From positions 41,728,001 through 41,792,000 of the forward strand of contig CM052818.1 of assembly GCA_028534125.1 (NCBI GenBank): a stretch of 64,000 bases of DNA, given 5' to 3'. The DNA is from Lama glama. Taxonomy: Eukaryota. Below the pieces are notes generated by a model that saw only the letters and a program-made list of their open reading frames with translations, had not been told where the DNA came from and searched no databases. Shown here piece by piece: positions 63,690 through 64,000 of the stretch. Position numbers and translations under genes: made by a program. Positions within the stretch are counted from its first letter, which is position 1; every line of letters starts with the position of its first letter.

Positions 63690-64000
63690 TGTGATACAGA
63701 CCAACTGTTTATGTCCTCCCAGAAGTCTTCTGCTGAAATCCTAACCCCTAGTGTGATGGCACTAGGGGGCGGGGTCTTTGGGGTGATTAAGTCACAAGGG
63801 TGGAGCCCTCGTGAATGGAATTAGTGCCCTGTAAAAGAGACCGCAGAGAGATCCCTTCCTTTGTTTCTACCATCTGGGGACACAGCACGAAGACAGCCAG
63901 CTGGGCTGTCTAAGACCTGGGAAGCTGGTTCTCTCCAGACACCAATCTGCCAGTGCCTTGTTTTTTATTATCCCGGCCTCTAGAACTGAGAAAAATAAAT
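63690..64000 (+). mobile_element. MLT1A-like LTR, cut by the window edge
   Basis: gctgaaatcctaacccc...gggtggagccctcgtgaatggaattagtgccctgtaaaagagac is near-identical to the core of the 52696 copy. Confidence 0.88.

Noticed and set aside
52696..64000. Two same-orientation MLT1A LTRs as the ends of one provirus
   Set aside because: The left LTR has its own TSD on both sides, and the intervening 10.7 kb is MIR/L2-containing host DNA with no gag/pol.
1..64000. Prokaryote-style systems (CRISPR, operons, defence islands) or tRNA/rRNA genes
   Set aside because: The sequence is mammalian; no regularly spaced repeat array, operon-like ORF packing or RNA gene signature was seen.

Overview
This is mammalian genomic DNA, not prokaryotic. 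It is gene-poor, moderately GC-rich and dense in MIR/L2 repeats. The younger L1 fragments are of Cetartiodactyla type and I see no ruminant or pig SINEs, which tentatively suggests a camelid-like genome. I could not recognise any intact protein-coding gene, RNA gene or CRISPR array. The main coding-derived feature is a decayed, intronless processed pseudogene of cTAGE5/MIA2 (~14400-16985, + strand), which appears to record an exon-skipped isoform. The rest is nested transposon fossils (L1, L2, L3, MIR, MLT1/ERVL solo LTRs, MER53/MER94-like MITEs), a 500-N assembly gap, and several repeat-free blocks rich in homeodomain/POU/SOX/RFX motifs. Those blocks look like conserved developmental enhancers in a gene desert or a large intron. 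Repeat family names and protein matches come from remembered consensus sequences, not computed alignments, and most boundaries are approximate. I find no evidence for a novel biological system.
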